64,000 bases of DNA, from the NCBI GenBank assembly GCA_046735395.1, contig JBJKQR010000008.1:52124-116123 (forward strand), in the 5' to 3' direction. Source of the DNA: Fidelibacterota bacterium. Its GTDB lineage: Bacteria; Fidelibacterota; Fidelibacteria; Fidelibacterales; DSDE01. Of this stretch, positions 1 to 9,299 are shown piece after piece (the first letter of the stretch is position 1; every line of letters begins with the position of its first letter). Position numbers and translations under genes: made by a program. The notes under the pieces are model-generated. The model ran no database searches and had not been told where the DNA came from. It worked only from the letters and a program-made list of their open reading frames with translations.

Positions 1-16
1 ATGCGAAGATTGGGTT

Positions 17-472
17 ATGGACAATACAAGTGCAGTAAACCAGGGATTGTTTTGTGTCTTTTACCCAAAAGATCGGACCTGGGCGAACAGTCCGGTCGTC
101 GCCTACTCAAAGGCCGTAAGTAAAAATGATTCATTGGAAACAATAAAAGACATGGTTTCAAATACAATACGTGAATTCCGACAGAATGGCAGCCCGGACT
201 CCAGGGTGAGATATATGAAAAACATTGAAACCCGACACGGGAAGGTAGCAGACATATATTTTTTTACTGGTGATCAATGGGGGAATTATGAGGCGGTGGC
301 ATATTTTGATGAAGGAAAATGTATTCCTTTTATTGTTCTTTCATCCCGGGCTTATGAAGTATTTGAAAAGTCGCTGCCAAACTTTGAATCAATCGTTAAA
401 TCCTATATGTTTTTCGGCAGTGATATTACTATTTGTCTCAATGGAAAACCAATGAAGCGGCAACAAAACTAA
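17..472 (+). CDS. hypothetical protein, probably 5'-truncated by the window edge
   Basis: 151-aa ORF; the frame stays open back to position 2 (tgc gaa gat tgg gtt atg); AT-rich. Confidence 0.6.
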   Translation: MDNTSAVNQGLFCVFYPKDRTWANSPVVAYSKAVSKNDSLETIKDMVSNTIREFRQNGSPDSRVRYMKNIETRHGKVADIYFFTGDQWGNYEAVAYFDEGKCIPFIVLSSRAYEVFEKSLPNFESIVKSYMFFGSDITICLNGKPMKRQQN

Positions 473-550
473 CAGGATTTTGACAATAGGATTCTATTAA
501 GGCAATCATATACAGGTTATGGAATTCAACAGCACACGCATAGACGAAAA

Positions 551-1465
551 ATGCACAGAGAACCTCGAATGAATAAATACAATATACTCTATTCCATGAA
601 AGACAAGCTTTCGAATCTTGCGAACGATGATCTGCGATTGAAGATGAGAGAGCCCTCGAATAATTTGATGTATACCGTCGCGCTGTTCATGGAGATTGAA
701 GAGCGAGACCTGTTTGATGAAGATGCGCAAAATCTGATGAACAGTCTGTTCAATGATATGGATCTAAAGCAGTTTAAAATGATTCAGCGACTCTTTTCCG
801 AGCATCCGAAGATCTATGGCTATCTATCAGAGATCAAAATGGGGCTGATGGAAAAGATAAAGGAGCTTAAAACGGTAAAAGGAGTAAAAACGGCATATAG
901 GATAAAAAGTGTAAAAATATATGCCGGATTCTGGAAACGTTTTGCGGCAAAGCTTCTTGATATTATCATTCTGTTTCCGTGGATATATGTCAGTATGAAG
1001 GCAGTGCAAAGTTCAAAATACGGATCGGCCTACGTGTTCATCCCGAATATGCTGATCAATGTACTGTTTAATGTTTATCTGGTGGCAAGCTATGGAGGCA
1101 CTCCCGGAAAATTAATGATGAATATCCGAATTACCCGGGAAGACTTTTCACCCGTAAATTATTATCAGGCGTCATTGCGTTTCAGTGTTGCATTCTTATT
1201 GACAGTCGTGATGGGGCTGGGCGAGCTGCTTGGGGCGTTTTCCATTCCGGATGCGCACTATTATGGTGCCAGTTATGCGGAAAAGTCCCAGATGCTTTTA
1301 AACGCTTCTCCATTCTGGGGGACGAAAGTCAGATCATTTCTGATACTCTGGACTTGGAGTGAATTGATCGTGATGCTGACGAACCGCCGCCGGAAATCTA
1401 TTCATGATTATATAGCCGGGACGGTTGTTGTTAATAAAGATTTTGCAACACATCCGGAGAATTAA
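551..1465 (+). CDS. RDD family membrane protein with a ~120-aa soluble N-terminal extension
   Basis: YAGFWKRFAAKLLD, GGTPGKLMMNIRI and KSIHDYIAGTVVV RDD motifs; TM segments. Confidence 0.85.
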   Translation: MHREPRMNKYNILYSMKDKLSNLANDDLRLKMREPSNNLMYTVALFMEIEERDLFDEDAQNLMNSLFNDMDLKQFKMIQRLFSEHPKIYGYLSEIKMGLMEKIKELKTVKGVKTAYRIKSVKIYAGFWKRFAAKLLDIIILFPWIYVSMKAVQSSKYGSAYVFIPNMLINVLFNVYLVASYGGTPGKLMMNIRITREDFSPVNYYQASLRFSVAFLLTVVMGLGELLGAFSIPDAHYYGASYAEKSQMLLNASPFWGTKVRSFLILWTWSELIVMLTNRRRKSIHDYIAGTVVVNKDFATHPEN

Positions 1466-1566
1466 AAAAAAAAAAAACATCTATGATACCGGATCTGTCT
1501 GTCCGGATCGCGGCGACAGCTGTTATTTATCCAAACAAATAATGAGATAATGGCTGGTGCATTATA

Positions 1567-1594
1567 GCAGAGACGCAAGATTTTGCGTTTCTAC
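1567..1594. repeat. GTAG-type REP-like palindrome (left copy)
   Basis: gcagagacgcaagattttgcgtttctac; imperfect 28-bp palindrome; 25/28 identical to the copy at 2146-2173. Confidence 0.75.
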
Positions 1595-1661
1595 AAATAG
1601 ATCCCAAACATCCGATACCAGTGAATTCGAACGACAATTAAAAAAAAAAGGAGGAATTACT

Positions 1662-2114
1662 ATGTCCTATTATTGCAACCAATGTAACAGCACAATTACA
1701 AAAGATGAATTCTCGTATTCCGTTAATCATTATGAAAGGCCTCTTTGTAGAGCTTGCCAAAAACCGAATTCATCGCCCAAAAAAAATACACCAGAGCCAA
1801 CACCACAGGCAAAATATCTCTATAATGTATTACGACAAAGAGGCGTGCCTGCAAGATTAGAACAATTCGATGGATTTAAGCACATTGATATTGCCATTCC
1901 AGAAGTAAAAGTCAATATTGAGGTAGATGGCGGACATCATAATTATGATAAAAAACAGGCCTTAGCTGATTTAAAAAGAACATACTACTCTTTCAGAAAA
2001 GGATATCTGACCTTACGAATCCCGAATTCTCTTCTGGAGAAGGAAAACATTCACGAGACAGCAAATTATATTGTGGAATTCTTAAATGAATCTGGTGATC
2101 AATTGGAATATTAA
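1662..2114 (+). CDS. DUF559/Vsr-like PD-(D/E)XK endonuclease with an N-terminal C4 zinc finger
   Basis: ATG 1662 after AAGGAGG; CNQC...CRAC; HIDIAIPEVKVNIEVDGGHH motif. Confidence 0.75.
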   Translation: MSYYCNQCNSTITKDEFSYSVNHYERPLCRACQKPNSSPKKNTPEPTPQAKYLYNVLRQRGVPARLEQFDGFKHIDIAIPEVKVNIEVDGGHHNYDKKQALADLKRTYYSFRKGYLTLRIPNSLLEKENIHETANYIVEFLNESGDQLEY

Positions 2115-2129
2115 GGAAAACGTATTTCG

Positions 2130-2173
2130 GTAGAGACGCATTGTCGTAGAGACGCAAGATTTTGCGTCTCCAC
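2130..2173. repeat. GTAG-type REP-like palindromes (half copy 2130-2140 plus full copy 2146-2173)
   Basis: gtagagacgca-ttgtc-gtagagacgcaagattttgcgtctccac. Confidence 0.75.
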
Positions 2174-2182
2174 GGCAAAACA

Positions 2183-3418
2183 TCATTTCATCACGGAATT
2201 CCAGCGGTCCTGGTGGGTGACGAAGCGTGAAGCCCGGCGTTCCAGTTCGTCGTGATAATATGTTTCCAGGCCGGCCTTGCGCTTCACGAAACTGTAGGGG
2301 AACCAGTGGGTCGGTTCATCATCGCCCATACCCCGTTTCATCTTTCCTTCCAGGCGGGACATGAGGGTGATCATGCCTCGCGGATCATAGCCGGCCCGGG
2401 CGGCGTAGAGGGCGCCCCGGGTATCGGCCGCCGCCTCGTAGCTTTCCTTGCGGCCTTTTATACTGCGTTCGTACATGTCGTCCGCAATCTGTTCCAGGTC
2501 GGCCTCCACCTCATTCGGCTCCTCGTCCAGTTCCGTGTCAAGGGCGTCAAAGGCCGCTTCCGCCCGGACTTTCGGCTTGCGCTTCTGCGCTTCGGTCATG
2601 CCGTGCCCGAGAGTGATATGGGAAATTTCATGGCCGAGCAGACAGGCCAGCTGATTTTCGCTGTCCATCATATTCAGCATTCCCTTTGAAATGATGATAA
2701 CGCCGATGGGTGTGGAATTGGCAAAGATTTCATCTGTGTCGGCGATATACACCGTAAGGGGCAGGTCGTAGAATTCCGTGCTTTCGGCGACGAGCTGTGC
2801 CACCATGTTCACGTAGCGGGTTTTCGCCGCGTCCTTCAGCAGGCCGGGGGCTGTGAGCCGGCCGGCGATATAGGCAGAAGTGGCCATCATGGAATTATCG
2901 ATTTTCAGAGAGCCCGGACTGTCGATACGGAGTTTCTTCATATATTTTTCGTGATCCCATGGGCTGTTCCGGTAGGTGTCGGCGGTAAAGCGCCGGTACT
3001 CCTCCGCGGAGAAGCTGCGACGCAGGGGGCGGGACATGACGTCCCGGTTCACGTCTGTGGAGCTGAGCCTGTTTTCAAAAAATCCCTTCACCGCGGCCGA
3101 TACGATGGTTTTAGAAATTTCCCGGTCGGCGATCTCTCCGGCCAGGACACCGTAGTCAATGCTGTGCCGGCTGTCATCAAAAGCCAGCGCGGGGATGAAG
3201 CCCTGAAGATTTGCAGCGGTCCGAACCTCCGCCCAGGTGTCGCCGTTCTGAATAATGGTTACGTCACTTCCGGCCGGCAGTACCGCCAGAACGGGATAAA
3301 AGGCGCCGCTGCCTTCGCGCAGCGACACATGGTCCTGACGGATCACATCCGCCGTCAGAACGGCAGCCGTCAGCAGAATCAACAGTATCAGTACCGGTTT
3401 TTTCATGTCTTCCCTCAT
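2183..3418 (-). CDS. secreted SH3-domain / M48 zinc metalloprotease fusion
   Basis: signal peptide MKKPVLILLILLTAAVLTA (alternative start 3406); SH3b-like LREGSGAFYPVLAVL...WAEV; HEISH, ExxAD and AGYDP M48 motifs. Confidence 0.8.
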   Translation of the reverse strand: MREDMKKPVLILLILLTAAVLTADVIRQDHVSLREGSGAFYPVLAVLPAGSDVTIIQNGDTWAEVRTAANLQGFIPALAFDDSRHSIDYGVLAGEIADREISKTIVSAAVKGFFENRLSSTDVNRDVMSRPLRRSFSAEEYRRFTADTYRNSPWDHEKYMKKLRIDSPGSLKIDNSMMATSAYIAGRLTAPGLLKDAAKTRYVNMVAQLVAESTEFYDLPLTVYIADTDEIFANSTPIGVIIISKGMLNMMDSENQLACLLGHEISHITLGHGMTEAQKRKPKVRAEAAFDALDTELDEEPNEVEADLEQIADDMYERSIKGRKESYEAAADTRGALYAARAGYDPRGMITLMSRLEGKMKRGMGDDEPTHWFPYSFVKRKAGLETYYHDELERRASRFVTHQDRWNSVMK

Positions 3419-5571
3419 TTCGTCTTAAAGGTAAATACGCCGTCCTCATCCACTAAATCGTCGTGCTTTTTCAGCAGGCGGCAGCGGTCGATGAAGGCCA
3501 GTGACGGTTTGTCGTCCGCATCCAGAGCCAGTACGGCCTCGAAGGCCTCAATGGCTTTCTTCCAGTTCCGTTGATTATACAGCACTTTCGCGGCCTGAAA
3601 ACGGGCTTCCCGTTCCCGGATGGCATCGTCAATATTTTCCAGCCGGTCGATGAGTGTAAAGATACGGATGGGGCGGTTCTTGCCCTTGACGCGGATGAGA
3701 TCCAGTTCGCGGAAACAGTAGAGATCCTTCACGAATTCCCAGCTGAATTCACTGAGCATGTTAGTGGTACCGTAGCTTTTATTCACGCCTTCCAGCCGGG
3801 CGGACAGATTTACCGTATCGCCGATGGCCGTATAATCCATTCTCTGTTCGGAGCCCAGATTTCCCACTACCATGGGGCCGCTGCTGATGCCGATGCGGGT
3901 AGCGATTTCGCCTCCTTTTACGGGAATGAGCTCGCTCACCCTGTGCCGGCGGAATTCCAGGATCACTTCGCAGGCGGCGCGGGCATGATTCTCGCCCGGG
4001 ACAGGTGCGCCGAAGACTGCCATAATGCCGTCGCCCGTATATTTGTCCAGGAGGCCGCCCTGTTCAAGGACGATTCCGGTGATAACGCCGAAATAGCGGT
4101 TGAGAACGCGGATCACGTCCCGGGGCGTCTTGTCCTCCGAATAGGTGGTGAAATTCTGCAGGTCGGTGAAGAGAACCGTGCCGGTGAGTTCGCGGCCTTC
4201 CAGATCCACCTGATCCGGATTCTGAAGCAGCAGATTGATGACGTCATCCGACAGGTAGCGAGAGAACATGCTGCGGATCTGACGTTTGGCCCGGCCTTCG
4301 CTGACAATGCGGTAGGCGCTGGCGGCTCCGGAGCTGAAGATGAGAATCCCCAGAGGAAGGAGGAGGTCAAAGTCCAGAGCCTGCGTGCGGAACAGGAAGA
4401 AGTTTGCGGCGAGGATGAGAAGGGCGGACGCCAGCAGAAGCGGCAGGGAAAGACGAAGGCTGTGCTGCAGAAAGGATCGGGTCAGGAGAAGCCCCAGCAG
4501 AAAAGCCGCGAGGCCAATCAGGAGCAGCGGAAGCGTGGACAGACGGTGGCCATTGAGCAGATTCGACAGGAGCGTGGCGTGAATCTCCCCGCCCGGGTAG
4601 GCATTGATGGCGGTGAAGGGCGTGGTTTTCAGATCGACCAGCCCGCTGGCCGATGCACAGATGATGATATTTTTTCCGGTAAACTGCCGGAGGGGAATGT
4701 CCGGATCGATGGCGGTCATGTGTTTTACCGCCGACATGAGAACGGCATAGAAGGACTCGTAGCGGAAAGCGCCGCCTGCATCTCCGGGGCCGTACCAGTA
4801 GAGCGGATAGCTCCCGTCCGCATCGAGGCAGAACTGCCGCTGCCGGGTGAGGAGCCGCCGGGACCGGGATTCATAGGAGACCAGGGTGTCTCCGGTGGCG
4901 GCAAGATAGGCCGACAGGGCCAGCTGGGGATAGAGCCGTCCATTGACGCGGTAAAACAGCGGCAAACGCCGACAGGTTCCGTCCGCGTCGGAGTGAAAAT
5001 TTGCGATGCCGATGCCGGCTCCCGCATCCGTGAATTCAGGAATTGGGAGGCGAAGGCCGTGAAAATCCGGCCCCGGAATCGTTTCGGCACCGGGAAAGCT
5101 CAGTGACAGGGGCTCCGGGTTGCGTTGAGCCAGGTGTCCCTCATTCTGTATCATGGCAGCAAGGACCGTGCGCGAGCTTTCGGAGAGCGCGTCGGCCAGT
5201 TCCGGGTCCGAGGATCCGCCGCCGAATTCCATTCTGTCCCGCTCCGGATCGTCCATGAGGATATCCACCATTACGGAGGCGGCTCCGGCGTCCGCCAGAT
5301 AGCCGAGAACAATGGCATAAAACTGCCGTGGCCATGGCCAGCTGATGTTCAGTTTGTTTTCCGCGTTATCCAGCGATCCGTTGTCGATGGCAATGAGTAC
5401 GACGCTGCTGTCCGCCCTTTCGGCGTGGTACAGCTGCTGCCATTTGAAATCCGTCGTCGTATTGACCAGATTTCCGTAGAACCGGCTGTGGGACAGAAGC
5501 AGGAAAAAAGCGGTCACGGCAAGAGGGATCCATATCTGCAGCCATTTTCGGTCAAATATTTTTCTGATCAT
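3415..5571 (-). CDS. CHASE2-domain class III adenylate cyclase with a C-terminal TPR-like helix
   Basis: WPWPR and DADGTCRR CHASE2 motifs; 3 TM segments; TVLFTDLQNFT, DKYTGDGIM, YTAIGDTVNLSARLE. Confidence 0.92.
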   Translation of the reverse strand: MIRKIFDRKWLQIWIPLAVTAFFLLLSHSRFYGNLVNTTTDFKWQQLYHAERADSSVVLIAIDNGSLDNAENKLNISWPWPRQFYAIVLGYLADAGAASVMVDILMDDPERDRMEFGGGSSDPELADALSESSRTVLAAMIQNEGHLAQRNPEPLSLSFPGAETIPGPDFHGLRLPIPEFTDAGAGIGIANFHSDADGTCRRLPLFYRVNGRLYPQLALSAYLAATGDTLVSYESRSRRLLTRQRQFCLDADGSYPLYWYGPGDAGGAFRYESFYAVLMSAVKHMTAIDPDIPLRQFTGKNIIICASASGLVDLKTTPFTAINAYPGGEIHATLLSNLLNGHRLSTLPLLLIGLAAFLLGLLLTRSFLQHSLRLSLPLLLASALLILAANFFLFRTQALDFDLLLPLGILIFSSGAASAYRIVSEGRAKRQIRSMFSRYLSDDVINLLLQNPDQVDLEGRELTGTVLFTDLQNFTTYSEDKTPRDVIRVLNRYFGVITGIVLEQGGLLDKYTGDGIMAVFGAPVPGENHARAACEVILEFRRHRVSELIPVKGGEIATRIGISSGPMVVGNLGSEQRMDYTAIGDTVNLSARLEGVNKSYGTTNMLSEFSWEFVKDLYCFRELDLIRVKGKNRPIRIFTLIDRLENIDDAIREREARFQAAKVLYNQRNWKKAIEAFEAVLALDADDKPSLAFIDRCRLLKKHDDLVDEDGVFTFKTK

Positions 5572-5869
5572 TCCTGTGAACTCCTGATGCGGGAATGGCC
5601 AAATTACGAATTGACCCGGCCCGGATTCTTGTCTGCCATCACATTTTGCGACATAAATGGATTTTTCCTGCCGCCATGGGCGTGGTTATACCTCGTTTTC
5701 ACTGCACTTTAGGCTATTTTGTCCAGTCATTCAAGGAAATTATTCAAGAAAGGCATTTAAGTGACAACTTTTTTCCTCTAAATTCGTCCATCATGATAAA
5801 GAGCTAAGGATGAACTGTGCGTGAAGTTTTTGTGACATGCTGAAATTAAATATGTTAGAAAAAGGAGAA

Positions 5870-7762
5870 ATGATGAAGAAAGTGACGACCCTGCTTCTGG
5901 CGGGACTGCTGCTTGCCGCGTGCAACACGACGCTGATGAAAAAAGACAGCGGCAACGCTCCGGTGATTACGGTGCCCTCCCGGGCTGATATTGATGAACA
6001 GTACCAGTGGAATCTGGCAGATATGTATGCGGATCAGACGGCCTGGGAAGCGGATTTTAAAATGGTTTCCGACCACCTGGAGGACGTGGCGGCATTCAAG
6101 GGAAAAGTGTCCGAATCGGCACAGAACCTGTCCGATTATTTCAGCCTTATGGAATCACTGGGTAAAAAGATTGATAAAATGTATGTGTATGCCGGCCTGA
6201 AAAAGGATGAGGATACGCGGATTTCTGATAACCAGGCGCTGCTGACCCGGATTTCTGCGCTGCAGGTGGCCGTCGGTGAAAAGAGCAGCTTCTTTGAAAC
6301 GGAATTGCTGACGGTTCCCGAATCCACGCTCAATAAATGGTTTTCCAGTGAAGCCGGCCTGAAGCCCTATCGCTTTTATCTGGATAATCTTCTGCGGCAG
6401 CAGACCCATGTCCTCGGCGAAAAGGAGGAAAACCTGCTGGCCATGCTGGGGAATTTTGCCGAAACCCCGAATAAAATTCAGGAAGCCATCAAATACGCCG
6501 ATATGAAATTTCCCCAGGTGAAAAATGATAAGGGCGAGCTGGTTCAGCTCACGCCGGGACGCTATTACCAGCTGCTTCTGTCTCCGGATAAGGATGTGCG
6601 GCGCCGGGCCTTTGAAGCGCGGAACGGAGCCTTCAACAATGTGATCAATACATCGGCCGCCACCTATAACGCCCTTCTGCAGAAAGATCTCTTCTATACC
6701 AAGACCCGGGGCTATAACAGCACCCTCGAACGGGCGCTGAGCTACGACAATGTGCCGGTGGAGGTTTTTAACAATCTCATCGAAACCGTGAAATCAAATC
6801 TGGGTCCCATGCATCGCTATTATGCCCTGAAGAAGAAGGTGCTGGGCCTCAAAGAAATGCATCTCTATGATACATCCCTGCCCATCGTTCCCGAAGCATC
6901 GAGCGAATATCCCTATGAAAAGGCCAAGGGTGAAATCCTGGATGCCCTCAAACCCATGGGCGAGGAATACGTGAACACGGTGAACCGGGCCTTCAACGAA
7001 CGGTGGATCGATGTCTATGAGACCGAGGGGAAAACGGGCGGAGCCTATTCCTGGGGAACCTTTGATGCGCCTCACCCCTATATTCTCCTGAATTATAATG
7101 ACACGCAGGACAACATGTTCACCCTGGCGCACGAGCTGGGCCACACCATGCATTCCTTTTACAGCCGCAGAACTCAGCCCTATGCGACGGCGGATTATTC
7201 GCTGTTCGTGGCGGAAGTGGCTTCAACCTTCAATGAAAATATGCTCATGAAGTACATGCTGGACCGGGCGCAGACAAAAGAGGAAAAAATGATTCTGCTC
7301 GACCAGTGGATTTCCAATATTGAAGGGACCATCATTACCCAGGTTCAGTTCGCCGATTTCGAAAAACAGGCTCATGCCATGGCCCAGGCCGGTGAACCCG
7401 TTACCGTCGAATCGCTGAATGCCCTCTATCACAAATTGCTGGTTGAATACAACGGCCCGGATATGGTCATCGACGATCTCTATGATCTGACCTGGAGCCG
7501 GATTCCTCATTTTTACCGCAGCTTCTATGTGTACAAATATGCCACGGCGCTCTGTGCTTCCACCTCCCTGTTTGAGGCCGTCTATGACGGGGATCAGCAG
7601 GCCCGGACACGATATATGAATTTTCTCAAGTCCGGCGGATCGGATTATCCCATCAACGAACTGAAAGCGGCCGGTGTGGATATGAGCCGTCCCCAACCGA
7701 TTGTAGACACCATGAATCTGCTCAACGATCTGGTCAGTCAGCTCGAAGATCTGATGAAATAA
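5870..7762 (+). CDS. pepF: oligoendopeptidase F (M3B), predicted lipoprotein
   Basis: HELGH zinc motif; GKTGGAYSWG and WSRIPHFY; lipobox LAAC; SD AAGGAG. Confidence 0.92.
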   Translation: MMKKVTTLLLAGLLLAACNTTLMKKDSGNAPVITVPSRADIDEQYQWNLADMYADQTAWEADFKMVSDHLEDVAAFKGKVSESAQNLSDYFSLMESLGKKIDKMYVYAGLKKDEDTRISDNQALLTRISALQVAVGEKSSFFETELLTVPESTLNKWFSSEAGLKPYRFYLDNLLRQQTHVLGEKEENLLAMLGNFAETPNKIQEAIKYADMKFPQVKNDKGELVQLTPGRYYQLLLSPDKDVRRRAFEARNGAFNNVINTSAATYNALLQKDLFYTKTRGYNSTLERALSYDNVPVEVFNNLIETVKSNLGPMHRYYALKKKVLGLKEMHLYDTSLPIVPEASSEYPYEKAKGEILDALKPMGEEYVNTVNRAFNERWIDVYETEGKTGGAYSWGTFDAPHPYILLNYNDTQDNMFTLAHELGHTMHSFYSRRTQPYATADYSLFVAEVASTFNENMLMKYMLDRAQTKEEKMILLDQWISNIEGTIITQVQFADFEKQAHAMAQAGEPVTVESLNALYHKLLVEYNGPDMVIDDLYDLTWSRIPHFYRSFYVYKYATALCASTSLFEAVYDGDQQARTRYMNFLKSGGSDYPINELKAAGVDMSRPQPIVDTMNLLNDLVSQLEDLMK

Positions 7763-7777
7763 AAATGTCTTCATAAT

Positions 7778-7811
7778 AAAAAACCCCGGGGCACACTCCC
7801 GGGGTTTTTTT
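7778..7811 (+). terminator. intrinsic terminator after pepF
   Basis: aaaaaaccccggg-gcacact-cccggggttttttt. Confidence 0.85.
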
Positions 7812-7818
7812 AATGTGT

Positions 7819-7845
7819 TAACTTTTAGTCCGGGACGGTGTCAAA
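7819..7845 (+). promoter_or_regulatory. putative ECF (sigmaE-type) autoregulatory promoter
   Basis: tAACTT-N16-TCAAA directly upstream of the ECF sigma gene. Confidence 0.6.
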
Positions 7846-7849
7846 GATC

Positions 7850-8356
7850 ATGGATGAAGGAAGAAAGGGCCATGTGGTTTCCGCGAAAGAGTTCGATGAT
7901 TGGATTGAGGAGTACCATGATATGATTTACAGCACGATCTTCAGGATGATCTGGAACGAAGATGACGCCCTTGACCTGACGCAGGATGTATTTATGAGAG
8001 CCTACCGGAAGCGAAGCAGTTTCCGCGGCGAATCTTCACCCTCCACCTGGCTGACCCGCATCGCCCTCAATCTGACCTATAATTTTTTAAACCGGAATAA
8101 AGTGCGGCAATGGAACGACCTGCAGGAAGAAACGCTGAAGGACAATCGGGGCTCGGATGCTCCCCGGGTTTTTGACCGGCAGAATCTTGAGCTGCTGTCT
8201 CCACTGGAGCGGGCGGTGGTGGCCGCCCGGATTAATGAGGATCTGCCTTACCGTGAGATCGCACAAACGCTCGACACGAGTGAAAACAGCGTGAAGGTGG
8301 CCTGGTCCAAGGCCGTGAAGAAATTGAGAAAGGCGGTACAGAATGACGGGATGTGA
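7850..8356 (+). CDS. ECF RNA polymerase sigma factor
   Basis: DALDLTQDVF, FRGESSPSTWLTRIALN and a region 4 HTH; start at 7850 or GTG 7874. Confidence 0.9.
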   Translation: MDEGRKGHVVSAKEFDDWIEEYHDMIYSTIFRMIWNEDDALDLTQDVFMRAYRKRSSFRGESSPSTWLTRIALNLTYNFLNRNKVRQWNDLQEETLKDNRGSDAPRVFDRQNLELLSPLERAVVAARINEDLPYREIAQTLDTSENSVKVAWSKAVKKLRKAVQNDGM

Positions 8357-8804
8357 CAGCTGGAAAGACCGGTTTTTCAGTATGACCGCAGGGCAGTGCC
8401 CGGAAGGGTTGCAGCATCTGCATGATTGCCCGGACTGTCGGCGTGAATATGAGGTGTATACGCAGCTCCGTTCTGCCCTGATGGCCGTGCCGGCGCCCCT
8501 CGATCCGCAGCGGAAATCCGCCAGTCTTGCCGCGATCCGGCGAGGAATTTTCAGACAGCGCCTGCAGCGTTTTTCCGCCTATACGGCCTCGGCGGCGGCG
8601 GTTCTTCTGCTTGTGCTCAGCCTGTCCTTTTTCGCACAGAAACCGTCACCGGCTGTCGCAGCTGATGATGACGATGAATATCAATGGATAATTTTAAAAA
8701 GCGGCTTTTCCATGACGGCAGAGGACCTGCCTGAAACGGCAGTTCTGGACTATCTGTCCGCTGCAGGGGATGTTCCCGTGCCCGAACTGCTTGCCGCAAA
8801 CTGA
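8343..8804 (+). CDS. zinc-binding (ZAS) anti-sigma factor
   Basis: HLHDCPDC (HxxxCxxC) motif; one TM segment; overlaps the sigma gene. Confidence 0.8.
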   Translation: MTGCDSWKDRFFSMTAGQCPEGLQHLHDCPDCRREYEVYTQLRSALMAVPAPLDPQRKSASLAAIRRGIFRQRLQRFSAYTASAAAVLLLVLSLSFFAQKPSPAVAADDDDEYQWIILKSGFSMTAEDLPETAVLDYLSAAGDVPVPELLAAN

Positions 8805-8820
8805 ATGGAGTGAGGGGAAT

Positions 8821-9297
8821 ATGAAAAAATTGATCCTGTTTTTGATCCTGGCGAATTTCGCTGCTGCTCAGGCCCCCATGGGGACACCTCCTGAAATGGA
8901 TAATCGTGAGATTGAAACGTATCGCACCATGCGGCTCACCGAATATCTGAATCTCAGTCCCGAACAGGCGGATAAATTTTTCCCGCGGCAGCGGCAGCAT
9001 CGCGATGAGATGAGAAAACTTCATGCCCGGATGCGCGATGTCGCACACAGTCTGGACAATGAAGACGGCCTTATTCCTGAAGGTCTCAGCAGTGAGGATC
9101 TGCAGAATCTGCTGAAACAGATCCATGAACTGGAGGATCAGGAAAATGCCATGCAGAAGGCATATATAAATGAAATGCAAAGTTATCTGGAGCCTTATCA
9201 GGTTGCGCGCTACCTGAATTTTGAGCATAACTTCCGCAGGGAACTACAGAAAACCATGCGGGAAAAATGGAAATCAATGAAAGACCAAAGGAGATAA
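8821..9297 (+). CDS. periplasmic helical protein of the ECF operon (Spy/CpxP-like)
   Basis: signal peptide; LTEYLNLSPEQADKFFP and LEPYQ LTxxQ-like motifs. Confidence 0.65.
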   Translation: MKKLILFLILANFAAAQAPMGTPPEMDNREIETYRTMRLTEYLNLSPEQADKFFPRQRQHRDEMRKLHARMRDVAHSLDNEDGLIPEGLSSEDLQNLLKQIHELEDQENAMQKAYINEMQSYLEPYQVARYLNFEHNFRRELQKTMREKWKSMKDQRR

Positions 9298-9299
9298 TC

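Noticed and set aside
1557..1661. N-terminal extension of the nuclease ORF (MHYSRDARFCVST...)
   Set aside because: It is translated REP sequence; a strong SD supports ATG 1662
1567..2173. The palindromic repeats as a CRISPR array or attC sites
   Set aside because: Only two full copies about 550 bp apart around a gene; no RYYYAAC/GTTRRRY cores
3571..5106. 511-aa plus-strand ORF
   Set aside because: Antisense shadow of the cyclase gene; no recognisable motifs
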